IMG/VR virus record: IMGVR_UViG_3300035661_000005
Source: a virus
Lineage: Duplodnaviria > Caudoviricetes
DNA length: 64,000 bases
Strand: one strand, 5' to 3'
Both the position numbers and the translations under genes were made by a program. A model generated the notes under the pieces. The model did no database searches. It had not been told where the DNA came from and saw only the letters and a list, made by a program, of their open reading frames with translations. Positions 31,203 to 43,500 of this stretch are shown piece after piece. The stretch's first letter is position 1. The number at the start of each line of letters is the position of its first letter.

Positions 31203-31847
31203 ATGAAAAACGGTGAGCGTTTTCCCACCCCCCAAGCCGCCAAGCCCTCGTTCGCGCTAGGTACCCGCTTCGAGGAGTCTGAAGGGTACAAGATCAGGGG
31301 CGATGTCTTCATCAAGATGCACGACGCCCGGACGGGTGAGCTTCAGCACGAGTGGGAGAAGCGGAACCTCGTCGTCATGGACGCGAGCATCCTCATCGCC
31401 CGTCTCATGAAGGACAACTCGGAGCCGCCGTTCGGGGCTTTCGCCCTAGCGGTCGGGACCGGGGATGTCGGCTGGAATCCTCTGGCTCCGCCGGCACCGA
31501 CGAAGACCCAGCGGGCGCTCTACTCGGAGCTGAGCCGCAAGAGGTTCGCACGGACGGAGTTCATCGACGGTGGCGGCGCACCGATCGCCTCGCCGACGAA
31601 CGTCGTGGACTTCACGACGATCTTCACGGAGTCCGAGGCAGTCGGCCCCCTCGTGGAGATGGGGCTCATCGGCGGCAACGTTTCTACGAACCTGGCGGTG
31701 CGTAACCCGGTCTCCCCGCCCAATGGTCCGTACGACCCGCTCGTCGACCTGACGACCCGGGAGACGCTCATCAACTATTTGTGCTTCCCTATTATCAGCA
31801 AACCTGCTACCTCGACCCTCACGGTCATCTGGCGACTGACCTTCTGA
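31203..31847 (+). CDS. Tail collar / fibre-attachment-like protein
   Basis: GAGGAG RBS. RNLVV...LAVGTG...RALYSELSRK...VVDFTTIF...EA...EMGLIG...KP...LTVIWRLTF resembles phage tail-collar proteins. Confidence 0.55.
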   Translation: MKNGERFPTPQAAKPSFALGTRFEESEGYKIRGDVFIKMHDARTGELQHEWEKRNLVVMDASILIARLMKDNSEPPFGAFALAVGTGDVGWNPLAPPAPTKTQRALYSELSRKRFARTEFIDGGGAPIASPTNVVDFTTIFTESEAVGPLVEMGLIGGNVSTNLAVRNPVSPPNGPYDPLVDLTTRETLINYLCFPIISKPATSTLTVIWRLTF

Positions 31848-31854
31848 GGGAGCC

Positions 31855-32679
31855 ATGCCGCACAAAGATCCGATCGAAAAGAACGCCTATCACCGGGCGT
31901 ACTACCGTGAGCACAAGGACGTGCTCAACGGTCGCATGGTCATTGCGAACAAACGTCGTCGGCACGACCGCTACGCTGAGATCCAGAAGCTCAAGTCGGA
32001 GCCCTGCACGGACTGCAAGCGGGCCTTCCCGTACTACGTGATGGATTTCGACCACCGTGACCCATCGGACAAGACGTTGGGTGTGTCCGTGATGGTCAAG
32101 CGCATGTTCGCGTGGGATCTGGTGCTGGCCGAGATTGCCAAGTGTGACCTCGTGTGCGCATGCTGCCACCGGCTCCGCACGTACCACGGAAGCAACTGCT
32201 ACAAGACCCGACGATTCGAGCAACACAAGCTCATCCTGGATGAGTTGAAGTCCACGACCCCATGCTTGGACTGCGGGGGGCTATTCAAGCCGAGTCAGAT
32301 GGACTTCGACCACACGGGCACCGAAACGAAGAACGACAACATCGCTCGACTTTCGGGAGGTTCGACGGCCACCCTTGTCGCCGAGATCGCCAAGTGCCAT
32401 CTCGTGTGTGCGAACTGCCACCGGGTTCGAAGCTTCACTGGGGTCCGACCTGAAGCTCCGGGTCACAACGAGAGCCTCGTCCGACGCTTCCATGAGATCC
32501 TGGCGCGGGTGCCGGCTCCTGAAGACCAGCGTTTCGTACCCTTCCCGTTCCCCGAGCTTCTTGGGGTGATGTCTGACAAGGAACTGGCGATGATGACGGG
32601 CATTTCACGCGAGATGGTGGCTTGGCACCGTCGTAAGGCGGGCATCATGCTGAACCGTCAAGGTCAAAGGGCAGCATGA
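31855..32679 (+). CDS. Free-standing HNH endonuclease with two tandem zinc-binding HNH units and a C-terminal HTH-like segment
   Basis: CTDC...MDFDH...CACCH and CLDC...MDFDH...CANCH, then DKELAMMTGISREMVAWHRRKAG. Weaker codon bias than its neighbours. Confidence 0.8.
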   Translation: MPHKDPIEKNAYHRAYYREHKDVLNGRMVIANKRRRHDRYAEIQKLKSEPCTDCKRAFPYYVMDFDHRDPSDKTLGVSVMVKRMFAWDLVLAEIAKCDLVCACCHRLRTYHGSNCYKTRRFEQHKLILDELKSTTPCLDCGGLFKPSQMDFDHTGTETKNDNIARLSGGSTATLVAEIAKCHLVCANCHRVRSFTGVRPEAPGHNESLVRRFHEILARVPAPEDQRFVPFPFPELLGVMSDKELAMMTGISREMVAWHRRKAGIMLNRQGQRAA

Positions 32680-35240
32680 GCGGGAAGAACTACGGACCGT
32701 CCGTTTCCGGGTACCTCGATCCCTCTGGTCGAAACTGGGAGAACCCGGTCTTCCAGTCGGGGAAGCCTGTCCTCGACAAGGAGCTGAACCTCGTCGAGGA
32801 CCTTTCCAGCGGCTTCGGTCAGTCGGCGCTGCGCCGGGCGATGCCCTCCGGGTGGCTGTCCGACGACTTCCTCTCGTCGTCCGACATGGCAAGCGCGATC
32901 TTCACGCCTGTCCTGGCGGCGAACAAGATCACCTTCCCGAACCTCCGCGCACACGTCAACGGCTGGCTCCTTCAGGTTGCCTACAGTGGAGACAACACCC
33001 AGAACGCGCTCAACCTCGCCAATCCGCCCCCGACCGGCCTACGCACGGACCTCGTGATTCTTGAAGTCTGGCGCAAGCTCATCTCGGCCGCTCCATCGAT
33101 CGACGGCAAGAGCCCCGCCGCCAGGATCTGGCGCAACGGGAATGTGAAGATCGCTGCCGCGGATGATCTGACGATCAACATCGCCGACGACATCCTGGAT
33201 GGCGCGCTCGGGGCGGAGAGCACCAAGAGGGTCCAGATCCAGTACAGGCTCCGGGTCATCTCGGGGATCGACATCATCGCGAACCCTTACGGGATCAACG
33301 ACCCCACGGTCGTCGCGAATTCGGTTCCAGCCAGCGCAGTCGCTCCGGATGGGGTGGCCACGGTCTTCAATTACGTGAACCAGTCGCCCGCCGGTGACCC
33401 CGGCCTCTGGGTCGCGGGAGATGGCAATCCCGCGAACACGCTGGGCACGGTCGATGGGTACATGTACGCCATACCCCTCCTGGCGATCCCACGCCGGAAC
33501 CAGATGGCGTTCGACAAGAACCTGAACCAGAACGGCGGCGTCTCGTACCTGACCCCACCATCCGATCGTCCGGACGGGCTCTTCAACGACCTCATCGATG
33601 CCAAGGACATCATCGATCTCCGCAGCGGCGTCTCGCCGACCGGCTGGGACTACAAGGAGATCCTGGCGAAGAATGTCGGCTTCCTCCTGGACAACACGCT
33701 CCGGACCGAATGGACGTTGACGGGCATCGGCGGGGGCATGGAGGGTCACACGATCCTCTGGGCGGACGAGATCGGCTTCTCGACGGCGCACGGTGGAGAT
33801 GGGGTCGTCACGGGTGACACGCCGGGGGCCGAATTCGTCGCTGAATTCGACAACGTGCGTCGCTTCTTCTCGGATCGAGCCAACATCGAGGTCGTCACGG
33901 TCACGGTCGACATGCCTCTCGGAGGCTGGGTGGCTGGTGCAACTGTGACGATCTCGCCGACCAACCTCGCCGTCTACCCCAACGCGGGGTTCAACTGGTC
34001 GAGCTACAACCCGGCCGACATCATGTTCGTGGACATCCTGGCTGCGAGGTGGGTAGGCGAATCCGCGGGCAAAGTCACCCGCGACGCCCTATCCCACATC
34101 AACACGATCATCGGCCTCGGTGCCATGCCGGTCGGGAACGTGACCCTTCAGATGGGACCGCCCCCTGGTGGCGTGACCACCGAACGGCTATTCGTCGACC
34201 TGGTCATCGAGTGGCCCGCGGGCCATGGCCTCACGAAGACGCCGGTCGACAGCTTCGCCGTCCGGGTCAACAACCCCGCAGCGCTTCCGATCATCTACGG
34301 ATCGGGATCGGATAGCTTCGACTATCCCCACCGTGAGGTACGCCTTCAGTGGGTGACGAAGCCCGTCTCGATCACGCAGATGGCGGACGTCACGATCGCC
34401 ACGAATCCGTCCTTCACCCTACCGGAAAGGGCGCAGAGCGTCGGGACCGTGTTGAAGAATGCGGCCCCTCTCGTGGGTGCCGTGACGCTCGACCCGGATG
34501 GTCGAACGGTGACCTTCTTGAATCCGGCGGACTACACGAACCCCGGGGACCGGCTCGACATCACGTATGATGCGATCCGGCCGTACGAACACAACACGGT
34601 ACAGCTGACGCTGTTCTACAACGCCAGGGCGCCCCAGACGGCCAAGGGTGCGCTGCTGGGCACGAGCCTCAGCCTCATCCCCCGCTACATCGACGACCAC
34701 ATCTACACGATCACGGCGGGCTCTGGGTCCGCGGATGAGACCTACCCCTACCCGACGGGTTACAACCAGATCGGGGGCATCTTCCCGAGCTTGGCCGGTA
34801 CCTTCAATGGGGACCATGAGCTGAGCGCGGGGGCGAAGACCTACATCGCGGAATTCAACGCGACGACGGGCTTCCTTCAGCTGCCGGCCTTCATCGGCTA
34901 CGTTCCGAACCCCGAGGCGGTCACGTTCATCCGCGGGGTCGGTGACGTGGACATCGAGGGCCGTACCTTCTTCCCGACTGTGCCCGGCGGCTACATCCCG
35001 AACGCTTATGCCCAGCCGATCTCGGACAGCAAGCGGCACCGCAACTTCCTGCCCATGATCGCGGAGCTTCCGGCGGACAGCCCTCTCGGCTACAAGGGGC
35101 AGCTGGTCCTCGTGCTCCTGATCAGGGAGGCGCGCTTCGACAAGGTCAACGGCGTCTGGTTCGATCCGGATCCCAACTCGAGCACGACGGTCGCCAGCAT
35201 CTTCCGGATCAAGGGCAACCTGCTGAACAAGGTGGCGTGA
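32676..35240 (+). CDS. Virion structural / tail fibre-associated protein (paralog of 46025..50404)
   Basis: FQSGKPVLDKELN, RVQIQYRLRV, GDPGLWVAGDG, GTVDGYMYAIP and RPDGLF motifs shared with the 1459 aa gene. Confidence 0.65.
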   Translation: MSGKNYGPSVSGYLDPSGRNWENPVFQSGKPVLDKELNLVEDLSSGFGQSALRRAMPSGWLSDDFLSSSDMASAIFTPVLAANKITFPNLRAHVNGWLLQVAYSGDNTQNALNLANPPPTGLRTDLVILEVWRKLISAAPSIDGKSPAARIWRNGNVKIAAADDLTINIADDILDGALGAESTKRVQIQYRLRVISGIDIIANPYGINDPTVVANSVPASAVAPDGVATVFNYVNQSPAGDPGLWVAGDGNPANTLGTVDGYMYAIPLLAIPRRNQMAFDKNLNQNGGVSYLTPPSDRPDGLFNDLIDAKDIIDLRSGVSPTGWDYKEILAKNVGFLLDNTLRTEWTLTGIGGGMEGHTILWADEIGFSTAHGGDGVVTGDTPGAEFVAEFDNVRRFFSDRANIEVVTVTVDMPLGGWVAGATVTISPTNLAVYPNAGFNWSSYNPADIMFVDILAARWVGESAGKVTRDALSHINTIIGLGAMPVGNVTLQMGPPPGGVTTERLFVDLVIEWPAGHGLTKTPVDSFAVRVNNPAALPIIYGSGSDSFDYPHREVRLQWVTKPVSITQMADVTIATNPSFTLPERAQSVGTVLKNAAPLVGAVTLDPDGRTVTFLNPADYTNPGDRLDITYDAIRPYEHNTVQLTLFYNARAPQTAKGALLGTSLSLIPRYIDDHIYTITAGSGSADETYPYPTGYNQIGGIFPSLAGTFNGDHELSAGAKTYIAEFNATTGFLQLPAFIGYVPNPEAVTFIRGVGDVDIEGRTFFPTVPGGYIPNAYAQPISDSKRHRNFLPMIAELPADSPLGYKGQLVLVLLIREARFDKVNGVWFDPDPNSSTTVASIFRIKGNLLNKVA

Positions 35241-35241
35241 G

Positions 35242-37461
35242 ATGCCGAGCAACAAGAACCCCGCCGCAGTGGTCAACCCCGGCTCCGGCAAGCTGCCCGC
35301 GGGGACTGTCACCGCCAGCTCGCTGACCTTCCCTCCCGGTGGCGGGGGAGGTGCTGCCCTACACGCCCACATCGTGAACCCGACCGATGCGCACATGGCC
35401 TCGGCGATCGGGATCCACCCGACGTACCCCTCGACGGGGCTGCCGATCCTATCGAGTGCGGGTGGGGTGGTCGATGGGGAGTCCGTGGAGGACTTCATCT
35501 ACCAGTTCAAGGATCTGATCCCGGTTCGGCCGAACGGCATCGGGTTCAACCTCTCGGCCGGCATCAACTCGGGCATCCCCTCCTGGGGAACCCTAGACGC
35601 CCAAGGAACGGGGTCCGGGACGGCGATGACGGGCGGGTGGCCCAATGGGACCAACAACGTCCCGAGCCACTTCGTGGTGCCTGCGGCGTCCGCGAGCTTC
35701 GACCTCTCGGGTATGGTCTTCCCGGCCGATCGCGGAGTCCTCGCCGTCTATCACAACATGGACGGCAACTTCTTCAACCCGGGTGCCACGTTGCTCATCG
35801 CGGCGCTCTACCTCGGAGCGGGGGTGCCTCCCGCAGGCATTCCGGGGGCCGCTTTCGATGAGACGATCCGACCAGGGCAGCAGCCGGACTACACGGCGGC
35901 GGGGGTGGGGCTGGACCTCCTGAACCTCACCTGGAGGCTCCCGTACCTCTCGTCCTACTCGGCGTACCCTGGTGCGCCCTACCTGCCCTACCTACAGAGC
36001 TTCCCTAACTACCAGCTCGCGCAGTACGCGCTCAACACGCAGACGCTCGCCGGTGGGGATGACGGCAGCTACCTCATCGTCCATTGGAAGGAGACGTACG
36101 CGACCTCGTTGGCCTTGATCCAGTCGACCAACCTGACACTCGCGAAGCTCGTCCCGGCCAACTGCTACTCGGCGACCCCCTCGGGCGGCAACTTCGACGA
36201 CAACACGCAGCCCGCCTACAACGTGAACCGACACCGGATCTACCGGGACATGCATTCCCCGGTGGCGCCCTCCCCGAACACCTTCTCATCGGCGGGCGCG
36301 GCGGGCGCTTGGTCAACCCACCAACTCTCGGGCGTCACCTTCGTCGACGACACCGGCTTCCAGTTCGACCTGAGTACCACGATTAACAACCTGTGGAACG
36401 ACTCCTACGACACGGGGGTCACTTCTAGCGCGCCTCACATCCCAGCTCAGTTCACCTCGGCCTTCGCCCCGCTGCGGTTCGTTTTCTCGGACTTCGGCGG
36501 CAGCGTCACCGACATCCCCTACTACATGATGCGCAAGCAGGGGACGCTCGTGTACTACTCCTCGACGAACGCACCCCAGCCTTCGGATGTGGCGGAGTAT
36601 GTTGGTAACAACGTCGCGATCTTCGGCGCAACGGCCAACTTCACGCCCAACAACGCCACAGGCTACAGCTCGCTTCGAGCGGACTATCACAAGCTCTTCA
36701 CGAGCAACCTCGGGGTCGTCGACCTGAGCAGGAAGTACCTCTACAACACCTTCCCCGCAGCGGGTGGTGTTCCTGGAAGCTCGACGCCGACCTTCGAGGG
36801 TTACGTCGACGAGCACTACAGGTACCGGACGTTGCACATCCCGTCGGGGAGTGAGCCCATCCTCCCGGCTGGTGGGGATGTCTACAATTCCACCCAGTCG
36901 CTCCTGGTGGACACGGACAGCTTGCAGATCATCGGCAACAACCTGGTCTACCCCCAGGAGGACTTCAGCGCGCCGGACTTCTACCCGAGCGGTGGGCCGA
37001 ACTACAGCGGGCTGCCGGGGTCGGACGGTGTGGGTCATCTCCGCCGGCACCTCCGGGTCTTCAACACGGGTCTCCCGCGCAACACGGGGAAGCTTCGGCT
37101 ACGGTTCCTCCCGCTGTTCGGTGGGGTGTCCTCGTTCACGACGGACGCCGCCTACAACGGTGCCGAGCTGACGGGACACGTGACGGGTGGGATGATCATC
37201 CAGGTCATGGTCCCAGGGGTGACGGGATGGCTCGACCTGGGCCGTGCCCTGGGTGATCCCGGCCTGTCCACCACGGACTTCTTCGGCTGTTCGACAGGCG
37301 TGCTCGTCTCCGGCCCCGACATCTTCGTCAGCTTCCAGACGACGGCGTTCACGGTCAACAACGGTGCGGGTGGGTACCCGCTGCTTGTCCGCGTCTCGAT
37401 GGTCAACAACGCGGCTGGTCGTGGAATCAGGCTCTCCGAGATGGAGTGGCTGGCCCCGTAA
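35242..37461 (+). CDS. Putative tail fibre / virion protein (739 aa)
   Basis: HAHIVNPTDAHMASAI motif of the kind seen in fibre proteins; beta-rich composition and context. Confidence 0.5.
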   Translation: MPSNKNPAAVVNPGSGKLPAGTVTASSLTFPPGGGGGAALHAHIVNPTDAHMASAIGIHPTYPSTGLPILSSAGGVVDGESVEDFIYQFKDLIPVRPNGIGFNLSAGINSGIPSWGTLDAQGTGSGTAMTGGWPNGTNNVPSHFVVPAASASFDLSGMVFPADRGVLAVYHNMDGNFFNPGATLLIAALYLGAGVPPAGIPGAAFDETIRPGQQPDYTAAGVGLDLLNLTWRLPYLSSYSAYPGAPYLPYLQSFPNYQLAQYALNTQTLAGGDDGSYLIVHWKETYATSLALIQSTNLTLAKLVPANCYSATPSGGNFDDNTQPAYNVNRHRIYRDMHSPVAPSPNTFSSAGAAGAWSTHQLSGVTFVDDTGFQFDLSTTINNLWNDSYDTGVTSSAPHIPAQFTSAFAPLRFVFSDFGGSVTDIPYYMMRKQGTLVYYSSTNAPQPSDVAEYVGNNVAIFGATANFTPNNATGYSSLRADYHKLFTSNLGVVDLSRKYLYNTFPAAGGVPGSSTPTFEGYVDEHYRYRTLHIPSGSEPILPAGGDVYNSTQSLLVDTDSLQIIGNNLVYPQEDFSAPDFYPSGGPNYSGLPGSDGVGHLRRHLRVFNTGLPRNTGKLRLRFLPLFGGVSSFTTDAAYNGAELTGHVTGGMIIQVMVPGVTGWLDLGRALGDPGLSTTDFFGCSTGVLVSGPDIFVSFQTTAFTVNNGAGGYPLLVRVSMVNNAAGRGIRLSEMEWLAP

Positions 37462-37510
37462 TCGGCGTGCAGAGCCTTTTATGGTCGGTCGTAGCTAGGA
37501 ACAAGATCAC

Positions 37511-40500
37511 ATGGCGGCCTCCTTCATCTCGACTGGCAGCTATTCGAACCTGACCCGCCTCGAATTGGAGCAGCTCCGCAAAGCGGACTTCTTCTCCGGT
37601 GGGAAGGCTCTGACGGTAGGCGACTCCGCCCTGCCTCCCGAGGGGGTGGTCGGCAAGGGGAACATCCAGGCCGAGCCCTACACGACGCAATCGTCGACGC
37701 AGCTCGACGATGTCTACTCCCTGACTGCCCCCTCGATGCCCGGAACGCTCATCGGCTCCCAGGTGTCGGTGGGTGCGCCCTCGGAGGTCGTGCAGTGGTA
37801 CGGCCCCGAGGCGATCACCGACGGGGTTCACGGCACCTTCACGGACGCGGTTCACTTCACGGACGCAACGACGAACTTCTCGCTCGTCGGCGTCGCCGCG
37901 GGGGACGTCCTCATCCTGCGCGGTCCAGTGGACGCGACGGTCTCGCCGCCGAACAACGAGTACACGACGGCAGTCGTCACGGGAGTCGCGGGCGCGGTCC
38001 TGACGCTCACCACGGTCAACAGCCCGGACGGTGGGCCGTACGTCGACAGCAAACTCTACGGGTACACGATCATCCGGCCCGGGGCGGTTCAGCTATTCGC
38101 GGTTCCCGGGTCCGGTCCGACCGGCGAAGAGCAGACGTTTCTGATGGTCCTTCCGGGGTCCACCCTGCATGGGAACCCTGGCCCGACCCTGGATCAGATC
38201 AACGCCGACCGGGTCGTCGGGATCGTTCCGCCGACCCTGACGGGTACGACGCTGAGGGATCGTGCGGATGCGGTCTACGCTGCGCCGGCTCCGCGTGGAT
38301 CCGGCATGGATCTCGGCTACCGCGTGATCCTCTACCCGGATAACGGGTCTGGGACGGCGCCGGATCTCACGCGTCCGATCACCTCGCTCAACCCGACGAT
38401 CGATCCCGCCATCCCGGCGGCCGATCAGCGGATGACGATCGACTACAAGGCGGGCACGGTCCGCTTCTCGTGTGCTCCGAAGATCGGCGGCGACATCAAG
38501 GTCGGCGGTGGAGTCGGACCGACCGGGCGTCTGAACCTCTACGCGGTCTTCTTTGCGTTCGACCAGACGCTCACCAAGGGGGCTGCCCGCCACCTCTGGG
38601 AGAGCCGTTCGGACGCCCAGCGGATCAGCACCCCGGCACGCGTTTACTACAACCGGACCACCTACGCCGGGTGGCGGATCACTGAGAACGCCGACGGGCG
38701 TGATTTCTTCGTCCAGGCACCTGACACCGATACGGACTACAGGCGCCTCGTCCGGTTCGGCGTGATCGATCCATTGGCCATGGACGGGCGCCGGTACTTC
38801 ACCTACGACCCGGAGCTTCTGCTGTGGCGCTTCGTCAGCCAGGACGTCGCGAATACGAATGATCGGGTCGCCACGGTCGAGCGAGCCGTCGCCGACAAGA
38901 CGATGACGACGGTGGGGGATGGCACCTCGCCTCCCATGTCCCCGGCGGACCTGATGCCGTGGGGCAGCTTCCGCGGGCGTCGGTACTCGGACTCCACCAT
39001 CGGCGCCTACCTCGGACTGAACATCAGCCGTGGGGACTACGGGGTCGTCCACCTGCGGCGCGGCAAGCACACGATCTCCGACACCCTGGTAGTCCCGCCC
39101 GGGGTCATCCTCGAAGGTGAGGGGGACTCGACGGTCATCGAATTCCTCGGGCTGAACAGCCCAGGGAGTACGGCTGCCAAGCCGGCCATCAAGTTCGGTC
39201 CGAACACTCCATGGGGCGTTTACGACCCGACCTACGACGGTAGCCGCGTCTACCCGAGTCAGATCGACGTCGCGGCGGTCCACATCGAGGGTTACCAGGT
39301 CGTCTGGAATTCGGTTCGCCGGGTCTGGGGTGTCTTCTGGGCGGACGCCACCTCGCGGGCCATCTGGTTCAACGAGGTCGGCCTGGACGGCAACTTCCTC
39401 CTACCCGCCCACGTCGATCTCAAGAGCAGCCCGGCGCTCCTCTGCACGACGCAGGATCCCCTGGGTCGCTACCACACGACGGGGCACTACCCCCGGGTCG
39501 CCTTCGACGAGGAGAACGACGTCTACTGTGTGACCTGGGTCCAGCAGGTGACCCTCGGTGGAGTCGTCGGGCCGCAGGTTTGGTTCGGCGCCTTCCAGGT
39601 AGAAGTCGATCAGCAGAACGAGCGTGTCACGCCGTTCATCCCGACGGTGACGGTGGTGCTGGCACCGGCTGCGTTCGAGGCGGCGGCCTTCTCGGATCAC
39701 CCATCGGTCGCCACTACGAGCAACCCGAGCGCCACGCTCAAGTATGCCGTCTGCTACTGGCGCTACGCCGTGGCGGGGTCGGCAGCAACGGACGTCCCGA
39801 CGAGCACCAGCATCGTCATGCAGACGGCGCCTGGTAATTTCACCTGGGGCACATCTACCCACATCCTCACGGCTCCCGCAGTCGTCACCTCGACCGACGT
39901 GGCGGCAGACGGGTGGGGCGGCTTCGAATTCGTTTGGTCGCGGCACACGCACCCGCTCATCATGGGCACGAACGGGGTCATCGCCCGGCCATCCGGCGTC
40001 GCAGCGAGCATTACGGCACGGACCGTAGGGGTCAGCATGACCCTCACGGGCCTCTCGGGGATCCTCCCCTCGTACGTGGGCCGGAAGCTCATCGTCTCGA
40101 ACACCGCCAGCGGGTCGAACACCGGCGAATTCGAGATCCTGACGTACGTCTCCTCGTCGAGTGTCATCGTCGCGAACAAGAACGCAGCAGCGCCACCGGA
40201 CGGCAACAACGGCAGCATCCACTGGGAGGTGGACATCGGGGCTTTCACCGATGCGAGCTTTCCCGACTTCAACATCTACCTGGGACCGCAAGCGGGGCGC
40301 CGCAGCAAGTTCCTACGTCTCGGGAAAGCCTTCCCGACGACCTACCTGAGCCTCTCCGACTTCTTCAACCAGGACAAGGCGGACATCTACGGCAACGACT
40401 ATATGGTCCAGCCGACCAACACCTCCACGGTGTTGGAGCTGCGGTCCCTACGAGACGGGTACGCCCCCGCTGCGCGCACCAACATCCTGCTGGTAATCTC

Positions 40501-43500
40501 CGGAACGGGTGTCAGCACGGGGGTCAACACGATCACCGACGCCGCGGTCAACTTCACGACCGCGGGTATCCAGATCGGCGACCAGGTGTTCGTGAATGGT
40601 TCCGTCAACCAGATCACTGGAGTGGCGGCGCACCAGCTGACCCTAGCGGATACTGTCGCGGCCTCGGGTGCGCTCAACTACTTCGTCTTCGTCGGAGCGC
40701 ACCACGAGCACTGGGCGATCTCGCCGCAGACGTGCATCGAGGGTGTCAGGTGGTGGCCCTCGGGTGTCGTGGACGCCAACGTGGTTCCGATCGCCGGGTG
40801 GGGATCTCCCTCGGCCGACACCGACGTGGTGCTTTCGGAGTACGAGCCGGACTTCGTACGGATCACGCGAGGGTCGAACGGGTTCCTCGTCGTCTACCAG
40901 GCGATGCGGACGACGGCGCAGCTGGCGTACCCCCTCGCCTACAACTTCGCGGAGTCCGCGGCGAGCATGTTCGCGTCCCTCCGGGTCAACGACTACTTCG
41001 CCCCCTATCGGGAGCACATCGGGACCAACTACGCCATCCTGAACGATGGTGGTCAGCTGACGGGTCCGAGCCCGGTGCAGACGACGATCAGCTACTCGGG
41101 GACGCTCTACCAGCGGATGCTCCGGGCCACGGAGGTCTCGAATCGGTCGCTCGGCACGCGGGGACCGATGGTCGACCGTCCGAACCTCTATGGGCTCGAC
41201 CGCAACGACGTCTTCCCGGTCAGCTGGAACCGCTCGGGGAACACCTTCAATATCGAGGTCGGCTGCATCAACTGGATGCACCGCTGGGACAACTCCACCC
41301 AGGTCCCGTCCCTCATCCCAGACGCCACCTGGACCGGAGAAGACTGGACGGTCGTCAGCCCCACGAAGCGCCACATCCACGGCTACACGGGCGTCTACAC
41401 GGTCGACGGGGGTGGGATCGTCACCTTCTACGACGTGACGATGTACTTCGGCACGGACACCCCCAACACCTCCGATGGGGTCTTCCAGCGGCGGACGATC
41501 GGGGTTGGGGACGCCATTTGGTTCCCCGGTAGTGGCGCCGTGACCATCACGTCCATCGTCGACGAGCACACGGTCGTCCTGCAGGCGGACGTGAAGGGCC
41601 TCGGCCCGGGTTCGGTCGCTTTCAACTGCGAGTGGGCACTCGAATCGCAGACCGACCAGGCGCTCTACGGCATCAAGAACGCGGGCTACCGTGTCTCCGA
41701 GGATGGTCGGGTCATCTCCTCGACCTCGTACATGACCTTCGCGGCCGAGTACACCGACAACGCGGGTGCGGCCGGGAACGGTCCGACTGGGCAGCAGGAG
41801 ATTCTGACCCGCACGGGCAGCGCCACCCAGGGTATGGCGCCTTCGGGTGCCCTCGCGCAGGTCTACACGGGCTACGGCGGTCTGCTCTCCCCCGGAACGA
41901 TCTACGCGGACTCTTTCCAGATGGGTGGCCGCTACATCGCGGACATCGGCTGGAAGGGTGTGGCGGTCGGCGAGCCGCTCCTGCCGACGAGCCGTCACTT
42001 GACGGAAGCCCCCATGGTGTCGATCGCCTGGGGCGAGAACATGTTCGCCTTCCTCGGGCGGGACACCACGACCTCGACCTCGACGACGAATCAGATCAAG
42101 CTCTACCGTCAGAGCTTCGGCCCGTACAACAACGGCATCCGGAACCTGAAGATCGTCAACAAGCGGACGACTCCGAAGGCATATGGCGCCCTTTTCTACG
42201 AGCCGCTTTCGGTCCTCAGCACCGAGTGGGTCTACACGCGGCACGGCGCTCCGTCGTCCGCCTCTGCGCGGTTCGACACGGATGGCTTCCGCAACGTCTA
42301 CGCCTACATGGGCGCAGCGGACATCAGCTACACGCCCGCCTACGGGCATCCCTCGCGGATCCGGTACGTCTACACGGACACGCTCGGGAGGGATGGTATC
42401 CACGTCGACGGCCCGATGGCGCTGTCGGAAAGCGCTCTGAAGGGATCTTTCGCTCTCGGTACCAACCCGCAGGTTCCCTTCCAGAGCGACATCGCTGGCA
42501 AATGGTACGGGGTCTCCTCCCCAAAGGTCGTCTGGGACGGTCAACGGTTCGTGGTCGCTTGGGCCGAGGGTGGTGGGTACGGCAGCTCGGGCGGCAACAT
42601 GATCTGCCTCTCGGTGGCCCCCGGTGACGAGGACGCTGGCTTCCAGACGACGGAGCTGGGCGATCCGAACGACCTGACGAACGTCCACCAGATCCACGCG
42701 GCGGCTCTCACCGACCTCCACAACGGGTCGAGCGTCACGCAGACGACGATCCTCGACGTGGCCTTCTCCGGGAAGAAGTACGCGGTCCTATGGGTCGCGG
42801 GCCTCGATACCCAGGGTGATGGGACGGGCACGATCATCGGGGTCACCATCTTCGACCAGCTCGCGCCCGGGTCGCACCACGGGAGCCTGACCTTCGACGA
42901 GCGGCCCCTCATGGGCGGCCTGTCCGGTGTGACGAATGGCACGCAGACCTACGACGACAACTCCCTGGTCGACAGCAACGCCTACTTCAAATCGACCGCC
43001 TTCGAGGTGCTGCCCGGCGACATCCTGATCGCGGGGAACCCCGGCGATGCGGCCTACGGCGTCTACCAAATCCGCACGGTCGACACGAACAGCATCACGG
43101 TCGACCGCAGCCTTCCGGCGCAGACGGGCCTGCAGTACGTGGTCAAGCGTCCGCTGATGCCGGCGGGTGGCAAGAGCTATGTGCTCGGGTCGATGCCGAT
43201 CTTCAACCAGTATGGGACGGCAGCATCGGTCAACCGCCTGGAGCCCTACCGTACGCCCAAGATCCTCTGGGATGGCAAGCAGTTCGTGGCCTCCTGGGTG
43301 GGGAGCGCTGGTAACCTCAACAACTACGCTGACGTGCAGTACAACGGAACGGCGTACGACTCGATGTACGTGCTCCCCATCCCCGAGGAGGGGCTCTCGT
43401 CCGGGGAGCAGATCGTCCAGGCTCGTTCGCCGGGCTCGAACGGGTTCCTGTGGCGGCCCCCGACCTCCGGGGCTCCGTACCTCCGTGAGGGTGCCCTCGG

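Noticed and set aside
40643-42721. Long minus-strand ORFs (e.g. 692 aa here, 640 aa at 48545-50467, 479 aa at 21903-23342) and many alternative-frame Arg/Pro-rich ORFs
   Set aside because: They are shadows of strongly biased high-GC codons on the + strand. They overlap well-supported genes entirely and show no motifs or RBS.
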